Positions 30,675-41,170 of a DNA stretch of 64,000 nucleotides are shown here, in pieces. Each line of letters starts with the position of its first letter. Within the stretch, counting starts at the first letter, position 1. A program made the translations under genes and the position numbers. This DNA is from Dehalococcoidia bacterium (GTDB lineage: Bacteria > Chloroflexota > Dehalococcoidia > UBA6926). The notes beneath the pieces are model-generated. The model made no database searches, was not told the origin of the DNA, and was given only the letters and a program-made list of their open reading frames with translations. The stretch spans positions 58,670-122,669 of the forward strand of contig VXMO01000043.1 in assembly GCA_009841045.1 (NCBI GenBank), in the 5' to 3' direction.

Positions 30675-31943
30675 ATGGGCAACAGCCTCTTGGGATCGGT
30701 TGGTCTGCGGCTAGCCATTGCCGTTGTCGCGCTGGCCGCTGGTGTCTACCTCATTCAGGGCATATCCGACCTGTTCAGTGTCCTATTTGATGTCCTGATC
30801 CTCATATTTCTCGCATGGATACTGTCTGCCGCGGTGCGTCGTCTGGCAAACTTTGTTGAGATTTACGTTCCGAACCCGGCATGGGCGGCAGTCCCGCTCG
30901 CCTACCTCATCATATTGCTTCCTGTTGTCGCACTGATCGGACTCCTGGTTCCGCTTACCATATCCCAGACTGTCACCCTCTCCGAAGACCTGCCTGATTT
31001 TGCCGTCAGGCTTTCGGGTTTCATGTCGTCAATCAATGAGTTCTTTGATTCGCTCCGGGCAGCCGGCGGCGGTGAAGAAACCGCCACAACCGATCCACTT
31101 CTTGCCTTTAGCTCCACTGCGAGTGCGTGGGTGCAAGACAACGCGCTGGGAATCGTAGGCAGTACAACCAACATCTTTATTCAGACCATCTTCTGCATCT
31201 CGTTGTCGTTCTATATGACCATTGAGCGGGAGCAACTCGGAAGGTTGTTTTACAGGCTCTTGCCGGTCGAATACCACGAACGCGCCTCCGTGGTTGTAGC
31301 TCATCTCGACAGAACATTTTTCTCGTACCTGAAGGGCATCTCTATCGTTGTTGTGCTTTATTCAGCAGCTATCACGATAACCATGTTGGCTGCGGGACTG
31401 CCCTTTGCCTTGCCGATTGGAATCACAGCAGGCCTTATTCAGCTGGTCCCAATCATCGGCGAAGTCGCCGCTATCGGGATACCGACAACTATTGCATTGC
31501 TAACGGGGTCGGTTACGACGGCAATTATGGTGGCAGTTGCCCTGATTTCATGGAGCCTCTTCATGAATAACTTTGTTCTTCCACGTGTCTACGGCAGGGC
31601 TGTTCGTATGCCCGGCTTCTTTGTGTTGCTTGCCGTGGTTGTCGGTACGCGATTCGGAGGGCCCTGGGGAGCCATGCTCGCCGTACCCGTGGCCGGTTTC
31701 ATCTACTCCTTAATCTTTGCGTGGGGAGAGTTGAGACAAGACCACGATGCTGAACCAGGCGAGCCTTCAACGGAGGGGGAAACGGCGACCAACGAAAAAA
31801 CCACTCCCGAAGAAGAGGCACTTGAATCCTCAGATGCGCCCGACGAGACCGGCAACGGCCGCGTCCGTGTAAACGGCGACGGGACAAGTCCGGGAACGAC
31901 GGAGCGAATCCTGGCCAGTATTCGCAGCATCATTTCTCGCTAG
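30675..31943 (+). CDS. AI-2E family transporter (PerM/UPF0118)
   Basis: Typical AI-2E architecture (FSYLKGISIVVVLYSAAITI...GLIQLVPIIGEVAA...). Eight TM segments plus a hydrophilic C-terminal tail. Confidence 0.7.
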   Translation: MGNSLLGSVGLRLAIAVVALAAGVYLIQGISDLFSVLFDVLILIFLAWILSAAVRRLANFVEIYVPNPAWAAVPLAYLIILLPVVALIGLLVPLTISQTVTLSEDLPDFAVRLSGFMSSINEFFDSLRAAGGGEETATTDPLLAFSSTASAWVQDNALGIVGSTTNIFIQTIFCISLSFYMTIEREQLGRLFYRLLPVEYHERASVVVAHLDRTFFSYLKGISIVVVLYSAAITITMLAAGLPFALPIGITAGLIQLVPIIGEVAAIGIPTTIALLTGSVTTAIMVAVALISWSLFMNNFVLPRVYGRAVRMPGFFVLLAVVVGTRFGGPWGAMLAVPVAGFIYSLIFAWGELRQDHDAEPGEPSTEGETATNEKTTPEEEALESSDAPDETGNGRVRVNGDGTSPGTTERILASIRSIISR

Positions 31944-31989
31944 TCCCTCAACATCTCCCGCTACAGCGCCAGAGATGGAGTCTACCCGC

Positions 31990-32733
31990 TTAGTAGTCGA
32001 ACCCCAGCCCCTTCTCTTTCATGCTGACAACACGATTTCCCTCGTTGTGGGCAACAACGATATGGTCGAGCACTTTGATATCCAGCGCCTTGCCCGCCTC
32101 AACAAGATGACGCGTGGTCCGCTCGTCATCTGCGCTCGGAGTGGGGTCTCCTGACGGGTGGTTATGAACGACAATGATGCTGGGCTGATTTCGCCGCACG
32201 GCCTCACGGAACACCTCTGCAGTCCTCACGTGAGATGAATTGACGGTTCCTCGATACAGGCTCTCTACATGGATCACCTGATTCTTCGTGTCCAACACAA
32301 GAACGCGCAGTTCTTCATGGTCCAGGAACACCATGTCCGAGCCCACCACGTTATAGACATCCTCCGGCCCAGAGATAACGGGGCGCTGCTCCGGCGACAC
32401 ATCTAGCAGTCGCCGCCCGAGTTCCAGAGCAGCCTTGATTTGCGCGGTCTTGGCGACGGCCATGCCGGGCTGGCGGGCAAGCTCGTCAAATGTTGCCTGG
32501 TGTAGCCCTTTGAGCCCACCGAGGTCACGGAGCAACCGCGTTGACATGGTGAGAACGCTCTCATTTCGCCTGCCGACGCGGAGGAGGATTGCGAGAAGCT
32601 CGGAGTGGCTCAGAGCCTGTGCGCCCCGATCTCTCAGACGCTCGCGCGGCCTTTCATCCTGTGGCACATCCCGTATTAGTAGGCTCGCGGAGTATTCCAG
32701 ACGCCCCGCGTATTCCTGCTCGTCCCCAATCAT
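31990..32733 (-). CDS. radC: RadC-like JAB/MPN domain protein
   Basis: HhH N-terminal region and JAMM motif HNHPSGDPTPSADD. Start ATG at 32733. Confidence 0.85.
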   Translation of the reverse strand: MIGDEQEYAGRLEYSASLLIRDVPQDERPRERLRDRGAQALSHSELLAILLRVGRRNESVLTMSTRLLRDLGGLKGLHQATFDELARQPGMAVAKTAQIKAALELGRRLLDVSPEQRPVISGPEDVYNVVGSDMVFLDHEELRVLVLDTKNQVIHVESLYRGTVNSSHVRTAEVFREAVRRNQPSIIVVHNHPSGDPTPSADDERTTRHLVEAGKALDIKVLDHIVVAHNEGNRVVSMKEKGLGFDY

Positions 32734-32831
32734 GGTCCGACCCCCGACACGCCGGCCTCGACCGGCCAAGAGACAAGAAAACGGTGGCCTGTCGTCGTAA
32801 CAGGCCACCGGATCTGTTCGACTTCAGTTTG

Positions 32832-32852
32832 GCCCGGTCACGTGAACCGGGC
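32832..32852 (-). terminator. Near-perfect palindrome hairpin downstream of rplL
   Basis: GCCCGGT-CACGTGA-ACCGGGC, located ~15 nt after the rplL stop. Confidence 0.35.
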
Positions 32853-32863
32853 TTAGACGATTC

Positions 32864-33259
32864 CTAGGTGATGTCGACGGCTGCACCGACGCCCTCAAGC
32901 TTGGACCTGATCGTGTCAGACTCGTCTTTGGCGACGTTCTCCTTGATGGCCGCAGGGGCGGACTCCACCAGTTCCTTTGCTTCCTTGAGACCAAGGCCGG
33001 GAACCAGTTCTCGGACGGCCTTGATGACCTCAATCTTGTTGGGGCCAATGTCCTTCAAGGTCACGGTGAACTCGAACTGCTCTTCCTCAGCGGGGGCCGC
33101 GGCGGCATCCCCACCACCACCTGCCGCCGGGGCAGCCGCAACGGCGACAGGCGCGGCGGCCGTCACACCAAGCCGCTCCTCAAGCTCCTTGACCAAGTCG
33201 GCAAGATCAAGGACTGACATGCCCTCGATCGCCGCAACAATCTCATCCTTTGTCGCCAT
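32864..33259 (-). CDS. rplL: 50S ribosomal protein L7/L12
   Basis: [32 protein letters not shown]..., Ala/Gly hinge, and C-terminal domain [19 protein letters not shown] at 33259 with a GGAGAGGAG RBS. Confidence 0.95.
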   Translation of the reverse strand: MATKDEIVAAIEGMSVLDLADLVKELEERLGVTAAAPVAVAAAPAAGGGGDAAAAPAEEEQFEFTVTLKDIGPNKIEVIKAVRELVPGLGLKEAKELVESAPAAIKENVAKDESDTIRSKLEGVGAAVDIT

Positions 33260-33263
33260 CTTG

Positions 33264-33794
33264 CTAGCTCCTCTCCTCCAACTGTCTACGTCTCTGGTCC
33301 AGGACATTCACGATACTGCTCAAATGAGTATGTAATACACTGACAAGCCGCTGGCTGACGCCGTTCATCGCGCCCATCACCTGAGCCAGCAGCACTTCTC
33401 GTGAAGGGAGTGTCGCCAGCCGCTCAAGCTGCTGCGGCGCGATAACCCGGTTCTCCAACACCGCGTTCGTTATCCGCAGCTGCATCCGATTTGTTCGGAC
33501 ATATGTGGTGAGAGCCTGGATGACGGGAATCGGATCCTCTCGCGTCACAATCAGGCCCACGGAACCGTCCAGCAGACTGCCAATCTCATCCCCCTGCCCA
33601 AGCGACTCGGCCGCCCTTAGGGCTAGGCGATTCTTGACGATGCGATAGCGTGTGTCATTGATACGCAGGGCCCCGCGCAGTCCTTCCATCTCCTGCACGG
33701 AGAGCCCGGAATGGCCCGCACCGATAATAAGAGAGGCCCCGTCAAGGAACTCTGTGAGTTCTTGCACCTGCTCGATCTTCTTTGCTGCTGGCAT
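33264..33794 (-). CDS. rplJ: 50S ribosomal protein L10
   Basis: L10 family sequence. Sits between rplA and rplL in canonical order. Confidence 0.9.
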   Translation of the reverse strand: MPAAKKIEQVQELTEFLDGASLIIGAGHSGLSVQEMEGLRGALRINDTRYRIVKNRLALRAAESLGQGDEIGSLLDGSVGLIVTREDPIPVIQALTTYVRTNRMQLRITNAVLENRVIAPQQLERLATLPSREVLLAQVMGAMNGVSQRLVSVLHTHLSSIVNVLDQRRRQLEERS

Positions 33795-33816
33795 GGCGTC
33801 GTCTTTCGCTTACGTG

Positions 33817-34533
33817 TTAATCAACGGGTTGGAGGGCGCTTGCAGAAATGGGATCAATGCGGACACCAGGCCCCATGGAGCTGGAAACGCTGACACTACG
33901 GATAAACTGGCCGCGAACCGCCTCCGGTCGTGCCTGCGTGATGGCGCTCACGAGAGCGGCCATATTACCCATCAGGTTTTCCGGCTCAAAGCTCGCCTTC
34001 CCGATGGGGCTGTGGATAATGCCCGTTCGGTCAAGCCGGAACTCAACGCGCCCCTTGCGCGCCTCTTCAATGGCGCGTGGCAAATCCTGCGGCTGCACCA
34101 CCGTGTTTCCTCGTGGGCTTGGCATGAGCCCCCGCCGTCCGAGGACGCGTCCGAGCCGCCCGATGCGGCCCATGATGACCGGCGTTGCAAGCGCGACATC
34201 AAAATCTGTCCAACCGCCCTCAATCCGCTCCATGAGGTCGTCGGACCCAACATAGTCAGCACCGGCTTCAGTGGCTAGTCGCTCACCCTCTCCCTGTGCA
34301 AACACGAGCACGCGAACCGCCTTGCCAAGCCCGTGCGGGAGCAGGGCCACACCGCGGACCTGCTGGTCTGCCTGCCGGGGATCAACGTTCAGCCGTATGT
34401 GCAGCTCCACCGTCTCGTCGAATTTTGCGGTGGCAGAGTCCTTGACGAGGCTTATCGCGGCATCCGGTTCGTAGAACGTCAGGTGTTCTATGCTGTCGGC
34501 GGCCTGATCGTATCGCCTGCTGTGCTTTGGCAT
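33817..34533 (-). CDS. rplA: 50S ribosomal protein L1
   Basis: [27 protein letters not shown] and [12 protein letters not shown]. Typical L1. Confidence 0.95.
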   Translation of the reverse strand: MPKHSRRYDQAADSIEHLTFYEPDAAISLVKDSATAKFDETVELHIRLNVDPRQADQQVRGVALLPHGLGKAVRVLVFAQGEGERLATEAGADYVGSDDLMERIEGGWTDFDVALATPVIMGRIGRLGRVLGRRGLMPSPRGNTVVQPQDLPRAIEEARKGRVEFRLDRTGIIHSPIGKASFEPENLMGNMAALVSAITQARPEAVRGQFIRSVSVSSSMGPGVRIDPISASALQPVD

Positions 34534-34551
34534 CTGTCGATTATCCGTGGC

Positions 34552-34977
34552 TTAGTCACTAATGTCGATGCCCATGCTACGGGCGGAGCCCATCACCATT
34601 TGCATCGCAGCTTCAACATTATCTGTGTTGAGATCCTCCAACTTCAGCTGGGCAATCTCTCGCACCTGGTCTCGGGTGACCGTCGCGACACGCTCCGTCC
34701 GCACGTCTGAACTGCCCTTTTCGATACCGGCGGCCTTGCGCAGGAGGTCGGACGCAGGCGGGGTCTTTGTGACAAACGTGAATGATCGATCCTCATAGAT
34801 GGTGATGTCAACGGGAATGATATTGCCGGTCTGATCCGCAGTCCGCGCGTTGTACTCCTTAACGAATCCCATGATGTTCACGCCATGGGGGCCAAGAGCC
34901 GTGCCGACAGGCGGCGCGGGCGTGGCCTTGCCTGCCTGGATTTGCAGGCGCACTACCGACCGTACTTTGCGTGCCAT
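34552..34977 (-). CDS. rplK: 50S ribosomal protein L11
   Basis: [34 protein letters not shown]. Typical L11. Confidence 0.95.
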   Translation of the reverse strand: MARKVRSVVRLQIQAGKATPAPPVGTALGPHGVNIMGFVKEYNARTADQTGNIIPVDITIYEDRSFTFVTKTPPASDLLRKAAGIEKGSSDVRTERVATVTRDQVREIAQLKLEDLNTDNVEAAMQMVMGSARSMGIDISD

Positions 34978-35035
34978 TCTTTCGTATTACTCCGTTGGGT
35001 GGTGTCTAAAATCAGGCGACAAATGGTTGAAGCCG

Positions 35036-35596
35036 TTACAGTTTCTCAATCTGCAGGAAGTCCAGTTCTACGGGCGTTTCACGGCCGAAGAACGAAACCA
35101 TCACAACAACCTTGCCGCGATCCGGGCTGACTTCCTCAACCGTGCCGATGAAGTCAAGGAACGGGCCATCTGTGATGCGGACGCTCTGACCCTTCTGATA
35201 CCCCACACGAACGCGCGGTGCTTCCTGCTCCATCTGATCCAGGATGGATCGTACTTCATTCTCATCCAGTGGAACCGGCCGCGGCGGGTCGCCACTGCTC
35301 ACGAAACCGGTGACGCCGGGGGTTTCCCGAACCACACGCCACGTTTCGTCGTCCATCATCATCTCAACGAGGATGTAGCCGGGGAATACCTTGCGGGTCA
35401 CGGTGCGCTTCTGCCCCGATCGGATTTCAATCTCATCCTCAGTTGGCACAATGACCCGATAGACTCGGTCCCTGACGTCCAGTGAATCGATTCGGTTCTC
35501 CAGGTTGCGTTGGACGCGATCCTCTTGCCCTGAGTACGTATGCACCACGTACCAATGGCTCTGTTCTTCCAGAACTTCACTCTGCTGAGAAGTCAT
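35036..35596 (-). CDS. nusG: Transcription termination/antitermination factor NusG
   Basis: NGN domain ([11 protein letters not shown]) and KOW domain ([21 protein letters not shown]). Confidence 0.95.
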   Translation of the reverse strand: MTSQQSEVLEEQSHWYVVHTYSGQEDRVQRNLENRIDSLDVRDRVYRVIVPTEDEIEIRSGQKRTVTRKVFPGYILVEMMMDDETWRVVRETPGVTGFVSSGDPPRPVPLDENEVRSILDQMEQEAPRVRVGYQKGQSVRITDGPFLDFIGTVEEVSPDRGKVVVMVSFFGRETPVELDFLQIEKL

Positions 35597-35619
35597 TGCT
35601 TACCTGTCTGAATCTGCGT

Positions 35620-35862
35620 CTAGACGCCCAGGATGAACTCAGTCATCAGGAAATTGAAGACGTAGTCCACACCACCGAGGAATAGTCCAACAACTGTAGA
35701 CACGACGAGGACCATAATTGTAAGGCGGACGGCCTCCTCCCGAGACGGCCACGTCACTCGTCGGAGCTCGGTGATGACCTCACGAGGCAGTCGCGTCGCA
35801 GAACCCGCGCCTGCGCGCCGTGTGCTGGTGGTCGGGGTGCGTGTGCTCATTGAATCGACCAA
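35620..35862 (-). CDS. secE: Preprotein translocase subunit SecE
   Basis: Single TM helix preceded by the conserved ELRRVTWPSREE segment. Lies upstream of nusG. Confidence 0.8.
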   Translation of the reverse strand: MVDSMSTRTPTTSTRRAGAGSATRLPREVITELRRVTWPSREEAVRLTIMVLVVSTVVGLFLGGVDYVFNFLMTEFILGV

Positions 35863-35870
35863 ACCACCAG

Positions 35871-36039
35871 CCTACCGGACTTCCCGGTGCAGACGGCGGC
35901 CGTGACACCGCGGGCAGAACTTATTAAGTTCCATCCGCTGGGTATCATTGCGGCGGTTCTTCATGGAGGAATAATTGCGCTCACGGCATTCCGTGCATGC
36001 CATGGTGATAACAATGCGGTTTCCCTGTTTCTTTGCCAT
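35871..36039 (-). pseudogene. rpmG: 50S ribosomal protein L33 (rpmG) with +1 frameshift in a GGG run
   Basis: Frame A reads MAKKQGNRIVITM then hits a stop. Frame B reads CTECRERNYSSMKNRRNDTQRMELNKFCPRCHGRRLHREVR*. The canonical protein is restored by deleting one G at 36001-36003 (ccatgggcatgc). Confidence 0.6.
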
Positions 36040-36083
36040 GGTTGCCTCGTTGGTCGTGAGCGCCTCTCTCTGGTACTCGGTTT

Positions 36084-37283
36084 CTACTGGATGATGCCGG
36101 TGATCACGCCGGAGCCAACAGTTCGACCGCCTTCACGGATGGCGAACCTGAGCCCCTCCTCCATCGCTACGGGCGTAATCAATTCGATGCGCATTTCGAC
36201 GTTATCCCCGGGCATCACCATTTCCGTGCCCTCAGGAAGGTGCGCGGAGCCTGTGACGTCCGTGGTGCGGATGTAGAACTGCGGCTTGTAGCCATCAAAG
36301 AACGGGGTATGACGCCCGCCCTCATCTCGTGTGAGCACGTACACTTGAGCCGCCGCCTGGGTATGCGGCGTGATGGAACTCGGCAGGGAGACCACCTGGC
36401 CTCGCTCAACGTCATCGCGCTCGATGCCCCGCAGCAACAGGCCGACGGCGTCGCCGGGTTCCGTCTCATCAACGGTCTTGTGGAACATCTCAATTCCCGT
36501 GACGACGGTCTTGCGCTGCTCGCCGAAGCCGACAATCTCAACCTCTTCGCCGACCTTCATGACGCCGCGCTCAACACGACCGGTCACGACCGTGCCACGG
36601 CCCTTGATGCCAAAGACGTCCTCAATCGGCATCAGGAAGGACTGATCACGCGGGCGCTCCGGCTCCGGGATATAGGAGTCAACGGCTTCCATCAGTTCAA
36701 GAATGGAGGCGTACTCCGCCGCGCTCGCATCGGTCGATTCGCTCTCCAGCGCCTGAAGGGCGCTTCCGCGAACGAACGGGATGTCATCGCCGGGGAAGTC
36801 GTATCGCGAAAGGAGCTCACGCACTTCCATCTCGACCAACTCAAGTAGCTCCTCGTCATCCATCATGTCGACCTTGTTGAGGTAGACGACGATTCGGGGA
36901 ACTTCCACTTGCCGGGCGAGAAGAATGTGCTCTCGCGTCTGCGGCATAGGGCCGTCAGGAGCGCTCACAACGAGGATCGCGCCATCCATCTGTGCCGCGC
37001 CGGTAATCATGTTCTTGATGTAGTCGGCGTGACCGGGACAATCGACGTGCGCGTAATGGCGACCCGCCGTTTCATACTCGACGTGAGCGATGTTGATCGT
37101 CACGCCGCGGGCCCGCTCCTCTGGAGCGTTGTCAATGGAGTCAAAGGGCCGAAAGTCGCTTGTGCCGGCGAGATTCAGCACCTTGGTAATCGCTGCGGTG
37201 AGCGAGGTCTTGCCATGGTCAACGTGACCAATGGTTCCAACGTTGAGATGCGGCTTGTTCCGCACGAACTTCTGCTTCGCCAT
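36084..37283 (-). CDS. tuf: Elongation factor Tu
   Basis: [20 protein letters not shown] and the full three-domain EF-Tu sequence. Confidence 0.98.
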   Translation of the reverse strand: MAKQKFVRNKPHLNVGTIGHVDHGKTSLTAAITKVLNLAGTSDFRPFDSIDNAPEERARGVTINIAHVEYETAGRHYAHVDCPGHADYIKNMITGAAQMDGAILVVSAPDGPMPQTREHILLARQVEVPRIVVYLNKVDMMDDEELLELVEMEVRELLSRYDFPGDDIPFVRGSALQALESESTDASAAEYASILELMEAVDSYIPEPERPRDQSFLMPIEDVFGIKGRGTVVTGRVERGVMKVGEEVEIVGFGEQRKTVVTGIEMFHKTVDETEPGDAVGLLLRGIERDDVERGQVVSLPSSITPHTQAAAQVYVLTRDEGGRHTPFFDGYKPQFYIRTTDVTGSAHLPEGTEMVMPGDNVEMRIELITPVAMEEGLRFAIREGGRTVGSGVITGIIQ

Positions 37284-37305
37284 TCCCTCCCGTCCTCCTT
37301 CGAGC

Positions 37306-37381
37306 TGGAGCCCACAACCAGATTCGAACTGGTGACCTCGTTCTTACCAAGAACGTGCTCTACCTCCTGAGCTATGTGGGC
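37306..37381 (-). tRNA. tRNA-Thr (anticodon GGU)
   Basis: Reverse complement folds as GCCCACA..TAGCTCAGGAGGTAGAGC..CGTTC-TTGGTAA-GAACG..ACCAG-TTCGAAT-CTGGT..TGTGGGC-T-CCA. Confidence 0.85.
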
Positions 37382-37455
37382 TTCTATCTCTCCTTTCCGA
37401 TTTTTCTGCTTCCAATTCGCCATTTCATCGTGCCCACGGGCGGCATACATGTGAT

Positions 37456-37531
37456 GCTGGAGCCCGAGAGGGGATTCGAACCCGCTAACCTGCCGATTAC
37501 AAATCGGCTGCGCTACCCTTGCGCCACTCGG
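37456..37531 (-). tRNA. tRNA-Thr (anticodon UGU)
   Basis: Reverse complement folds as GCCCGAG..GCGC-AAGGGTA-GCGC..GCCGA-TTTGTAA-TCGGC..T-loop TTCGAAT..CTCGGGC-T-CCA, with one T-stem mismatch. Confidence 0.75.
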
Positions 37532-37632
37532 GCCGGGCCCTTCTCCTTGACGGCACAACAAAAGGAGCTAGCTGTTGCTAGCCCAGTTCAGTATGAATTG
37601 CAGGCTATCAATCGTCAAGTAGACGGCATACG

Positions 37633-38847
37633 TCAGCGAAGCGAATCCTCCGCAGCCCGCCGCACGATGTCATAGACACGACTCAGCGGCACGGATGACT
37701 GTTTAGCTAATTGACGACAGTCTTCATATTCAGGAGAAATGCCGATTATCTCCCCTCCTTCAACAAGTCGCTTAATCTTGACGCTCGCCGGACCGAGCGG
37801 AGTTTGAACGATGACCGACTCTCTGACCGCCTCATAACGTGTCATGGGGGTGACGCGAACCCCAAGCGTGGTTGTTTCTCGGAGTAGCTCGCGGACGATT
37901 GCATCCTTCACAGATTCCGGCGCGATTGCAGACACGATTACGCCGGGGCGGCCCTTCTTCATCTGGACATTCTCAAGCCACACATCTCGCGCTCCCGTGG
38001 CCATTAGACGTTCACGAACATAGTCATAGACTTCAGGGTTCATATCGTCGATGGTCGTTTCAATCATGGCCATCGCCCGAGTTTGCGTAGGTTCAGCGGC
38101 CGCCTCTCCAACGACCAAAGTGACGATGTTTGCCCTGCCTTTCGGGTCTTTCGTGCCTGCGCCGTAGCCGACGGCGTCAACCGTGTTCATTACAGGGGGA
38201 GGGTCAAAGGAGGCAAGCGTTGTAACAATTGCCGCGCCGGTAGGAGTTACCAATTCGCCCGTTTGCTGACCTTCGGCATTCGCGGGCGGCGGCAGTGCGG
38301 GTGCTCCAGCCAGTCGCATGATTTCCAGCGCGCCGGGGGCCGGTACAGGCAGCGTTCCGTGCTGAGTCGTCACGCGGCCGGTTGCCAACGGGAGGCCGGT
38401 GGAATAAAGAGTTTCAATACCTAATTCACCCAGGCCAACGAGCGTTCCAACAATGTCAACAAGTGTATCGGCTGATCCGAGTTCCGCGAGTTCTACAGAC
38501 TCAGCGCTGCCGCCGTGGACACGTGCTTCCGCCTCACCAATACGGCGCAGGATGGCAATTGCTCGTTGAATAACACTTGCCGGGAGATTGGCTTTCTCAA
38601 CCCGATCAATCAGATCTCTCAGCGATGTATGGCCGTGTTCAGCGGTATCGCCACCCTGCACAGCGATGTGTGTTGCGCGGATTCCAGCCCGCGAAGTCTC
38701 CACTGGCGTAAGCCGAATCGGCTCGTCCGGAAAGACGCAATCAATCGCTTCATTCATCGCGTCCATGGGAGCGCCGGCATCCACAAGCGCACCCAGAAGC
38801 ATGTCACCGCTGACGCCGTTCGCGCATTGCAGCCACGCGATTCGCAT
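37633..38847 (-). CDS. larC: LarC-like nickel-insertion protein (DUF111) for the nickel-pincer (NPN) cofactor
   Basis: MRIAWLQCANGVSGDMLLGALVDAG N-terminus. Both DUF111 domains are present. Confidence 0.75.
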   Translation of the reverse strand: MRIAWLQCANGVSGDMLLGALVDAGAPMDAMNEAIDCVFPDEPIRLTPVETSRAGIRATHIAVQGGDTAEHGHTSLRDLIDRVEKANLPASVIQRAIAILRRIGEAEARVHGGSAESVELAELGSADTLVDIVGTLVGLGELGIETLYSTGLPLATGRVTTQHGTLPVPAPGALEIMRLAGAPALPPPANAEGQQTGELVTPTGAAIVTTLASFDPPPVMNTVDAVGYGAGTKDPKGRANIVTLVVGEAAAEPTQTRAMAMIETTIDDMNPEVYDYVRERLMATGARDVWLENVQMKKGRPGVIVSAIAPESVKDAIVRELLRETTTLGVRVTPMTRYEAVRESVIVQTPLGPASVKIKRLVEGGEIIGISPEYEDCRQLAKQSSVPLSRVYDIVRRAAEDSLR

Positions 38848-38855
38848 GTGGCGTC

Positions 38856-39737
38856 CTACCCGCTCCGTTTGATCAATTCCGCCGAGCCGCTCTGGCTTGA
38901 GGAGATTGCAGCCTTTCGTGTGTTTAGGCTGCCGGTCTTGTATCCGGAAAGATCCAGTGTCACAAAGAGGTAGCCCAGATCACGAATGTGGTTGATCAAG
39001 TCCTCGCGCAGGTCCTCAGCAATCAGGCGGTGCATATCCTCGGGCGGGACTTCAATCCTGGCAATAGCACCGTGATGACGCACACGAACATGCCTGAAGT
39101 CGTGTTCATGAAGATATTTCTCCGCGCGGGCAATCTTGTCCAGAAGCTCGAATGAGACGGGCGTGCCCAATGGAATACGGGAGGCAAGGCACGACTCAGC
39201 AGGCTTATCCCAGTTAGGCAGACCTCGCTCACGAGCCAATTGGCGTACCTCGCCCTTGCTGAGGCCGACCTCTACAAATGGGCTGCGAACACCTTGCTCG
39301 TCCTTTGCCTTAAGTCCCGGGCGCACATCTCCCAGGTCATCGGTGAGAGTACCGTCAAGCACCCACGGAATCCCGCGCTCCTCGGCAATCGTACGCAACT
39401 GCGAGAATAAGTCGACGCGACAGAAATAACAGCGACGACCGTCGTTGGCCGCAAAGCCCTCCATATCCAGTTGGTCGGTGTAGAGAAACTCGTGGCGAGC
39501 ATTCAGGAATGCGGCAATGTCCCGCGCGTCTTCGGCCTCGGAATCAGCGAACGTTGGCGAGAGAGCGGTTACCGCAAGGGCATCATGCCCCAGAACATCA
39601 ACCGACTCGGCGAGAAGGAGGCTGGAATCAACCCCTCCCGAAAACGAAACGACAATTGAACCCATCTCTCGCAACAGAGAGCGCAGTCTCTCCCGTTTTT
39701 CTGCAATCTCAGGAGTCACAGCGAAATTGGCGTTCAT
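38856..39737 (-). CDS. larE: LarE-like PP-loop ATP pyrophosphatase (sacrificial sulfur insertase family)
   Basis: PP-loop SFSGGVDSS and C-terminal Cys-containing region. Stop overlaps the radA start. Confidence 0.75.
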   Translation of the reverse strand: MNANFAVTPEIAEKRERLRSLLREMGSIVVSFSGGVDSSLLLAESVDVLGHDALAVTALSPTFADSEAEDARDIAAFLNARHEFLYTDQLDMEGFAANDGRRCYFCRVDLFSQLRTIAEERGIPWVLDGTLTDDLGDVRPGLKAKDEQGVRSPFVEVGLSKGEVRQLARERGLPNWDKPAESCLASRIPLGTPVSFELLDKIARAEKYLHEHDFRHVRVRHHGAIARIEVPPEDMHRLIAEDLREDLINHIRDLGYLFVTLDLSGYKTGSLNTRKAAISSSQSGSAELIKRSG

Positions 39738-41149
39738 GGTGATCTCCCACCAGGAGAGGAGACTTCAAGGTCGCTGGGCTGTGGGTATTCGGAAAGAGCC
39801 AGCTCAACTGCCTCATGAAGGGTTGCGACAGGAACGACCGTGATGACTGTTTCGAGGGCAGGAACGGCATCGGGAGGCGCGATAATGCGTCGGTAGCCGC
39901 GGCGAGCAGCCTCATTGATGCGGCGTTGGAGTTGGGGAACCCGCCGGATATCACCCGTAAGGCCAATCTCCCCGACTGCCGCCAGATCAGGCGCGGCAGG
40001 AACATCACGAAGGCTTGAAACGATGGCGAGCGCGAGCGCAAGATCCGCAGACGGGCTCGTAACGCGCAGCCCGCCGATGGCATTGACGATAACGTCGTGC
40101 TTTCCGAGCGGCAGCCGCAGGCGTCGTGAGAGAACGGCGCATATGAGGAGCAGCCGATTGAAATCAATGCCCGTCGCCATGCGCCGCGGGTCTGCCCCGC
40201 CGGACGGAGCAACGAGAGCCTGTATCTCAACCAGCAGGGGGCGCGTTCCCTCCACGATGGGCGTGACGATGGAACCCGGCGCAGTGGACGTTCGTTCCTG
40301 CGTAAGGGCAGCGGAGGGATCACCCACCTCGCGCAGGCCACTGTCAGTCATTTCGAGGACGGCAATCTCATCCGTGGAGCCGAAACGATTCTTGACGCAC
40401 CGGGCAACACGATAAGGTCCAAGACCCTCGCCCTCCAGGTAAAGAACAACGTCAACTGCATGCTCAAGCACGCGCGGACCTGCAATCGCGCCGTCCTTGG
40501 TCACGTGGCCCGTCATGATGATGGAAACGCCGCGCCGACGCCCCCATTCGACTAGCCGCGCCCCACACTCCCGCACCTGCGCCACAGTTCCCGCAGATGA
40601 CCCAGCATCAGTCCTGAGCGTTTGAATGGAATCAATGAGCAGCAGATTCGGCGGGCTGTCACTGAGCGCCTGCAAGAGTGCATCGATATTCGTCTCGGAC
40701 GACAACGTCACTCCGCCGCCTGCTAGCGAAAGTCGAGCGGCGCGGAGGGCGATCTGCTCAGGAGATTCCTCTCCCGCCACATACACCACACTCGCTCCCG
40801 CTTGCCCCAGCACGGAGGCAATCTGGAGCAGCAAGGTTGATTTACCAATGCCGGGTTCGCCTCCGAGCAGGACCACGCTGCCGGGTATGACACCGCCGCC
40901 AAGAACGGTCATAAGCTCCGGCATTGTTGATACTGCAATCCGTGACGGTTGCGTGGCAGCCTGTTCCATGACGGACGTCAGCGCGGCAGGCGGAGGAGCA
41001 GGCTCCAGGACGCCCGTTGCTAGATCACTGGATTCCGCGGTGACCTCAACAAGCGATCCCCACGTTTCGCACCGGGGGCAACGCCCCTCCCAACGGGACG
41101 ACCCCGCCCCACAAGCCGTACAGCTATAGGAAACGCGCGGTCGTGGCAT
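39734..41149 (-). CDS. radA: DNA repair protein RadA/Sms
   Basis: N-terminal C4 zinc finger (CTACGAGSSRWEGRCPRCETWG), RecA-like Walker A GGEPGIGKST, KNRFG motif, Lon-like C-terminal domain. Confidence 0.95.
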   Translation of the reverse strand: MPRPRVSYSCTACGAGSSRWEGRCPRCETWGSLVEVTAESSDLATGVLEPAPPPAALTSVMEQAATQPSRIAVSTMPELMTVLGGGVIPGSVVLLGGEPGIGKSTLLLQIASVLGQAGASVVYVAGEESPEQIALRAARLSLAGGGVTLSSETNIDALLQALSDSPPNLLLIDSIQTLRTDAGSSAGTVAQVRECGARLVEWGRRRGVSIIMTGHVTKDGAIAGPRVLEHAVDVVLYLEGEGLGPYRVARCVKNRFGSTDEIAVLEMTDSGLREVGDPSAALTQERTSTAPGSIVTPIVEGTRPLLVEIQALVAPSGGADPRRMATGIDFNRLLLICAVLSRRLRLPLGKHDVIVNAIGGLRVTSPSADLALALAIVSSLRDVPAAPDLAAVGEIGLTGDIRRVPQLQRRINEAARRGYRRIIAPPDAVPALETVITVVPVATLHEAVELALSEYPQPSDLEVSSPGGRSP

Positions 41150-41170
41150 CGTGCCAGACCCGGCCGTCAG

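Noticed and set aside
37175-37561. 128-aa ORF on the minus strand
   Set aside because: Spans both tRNA-Thr genes and their spacer, and there is no supporting signal.
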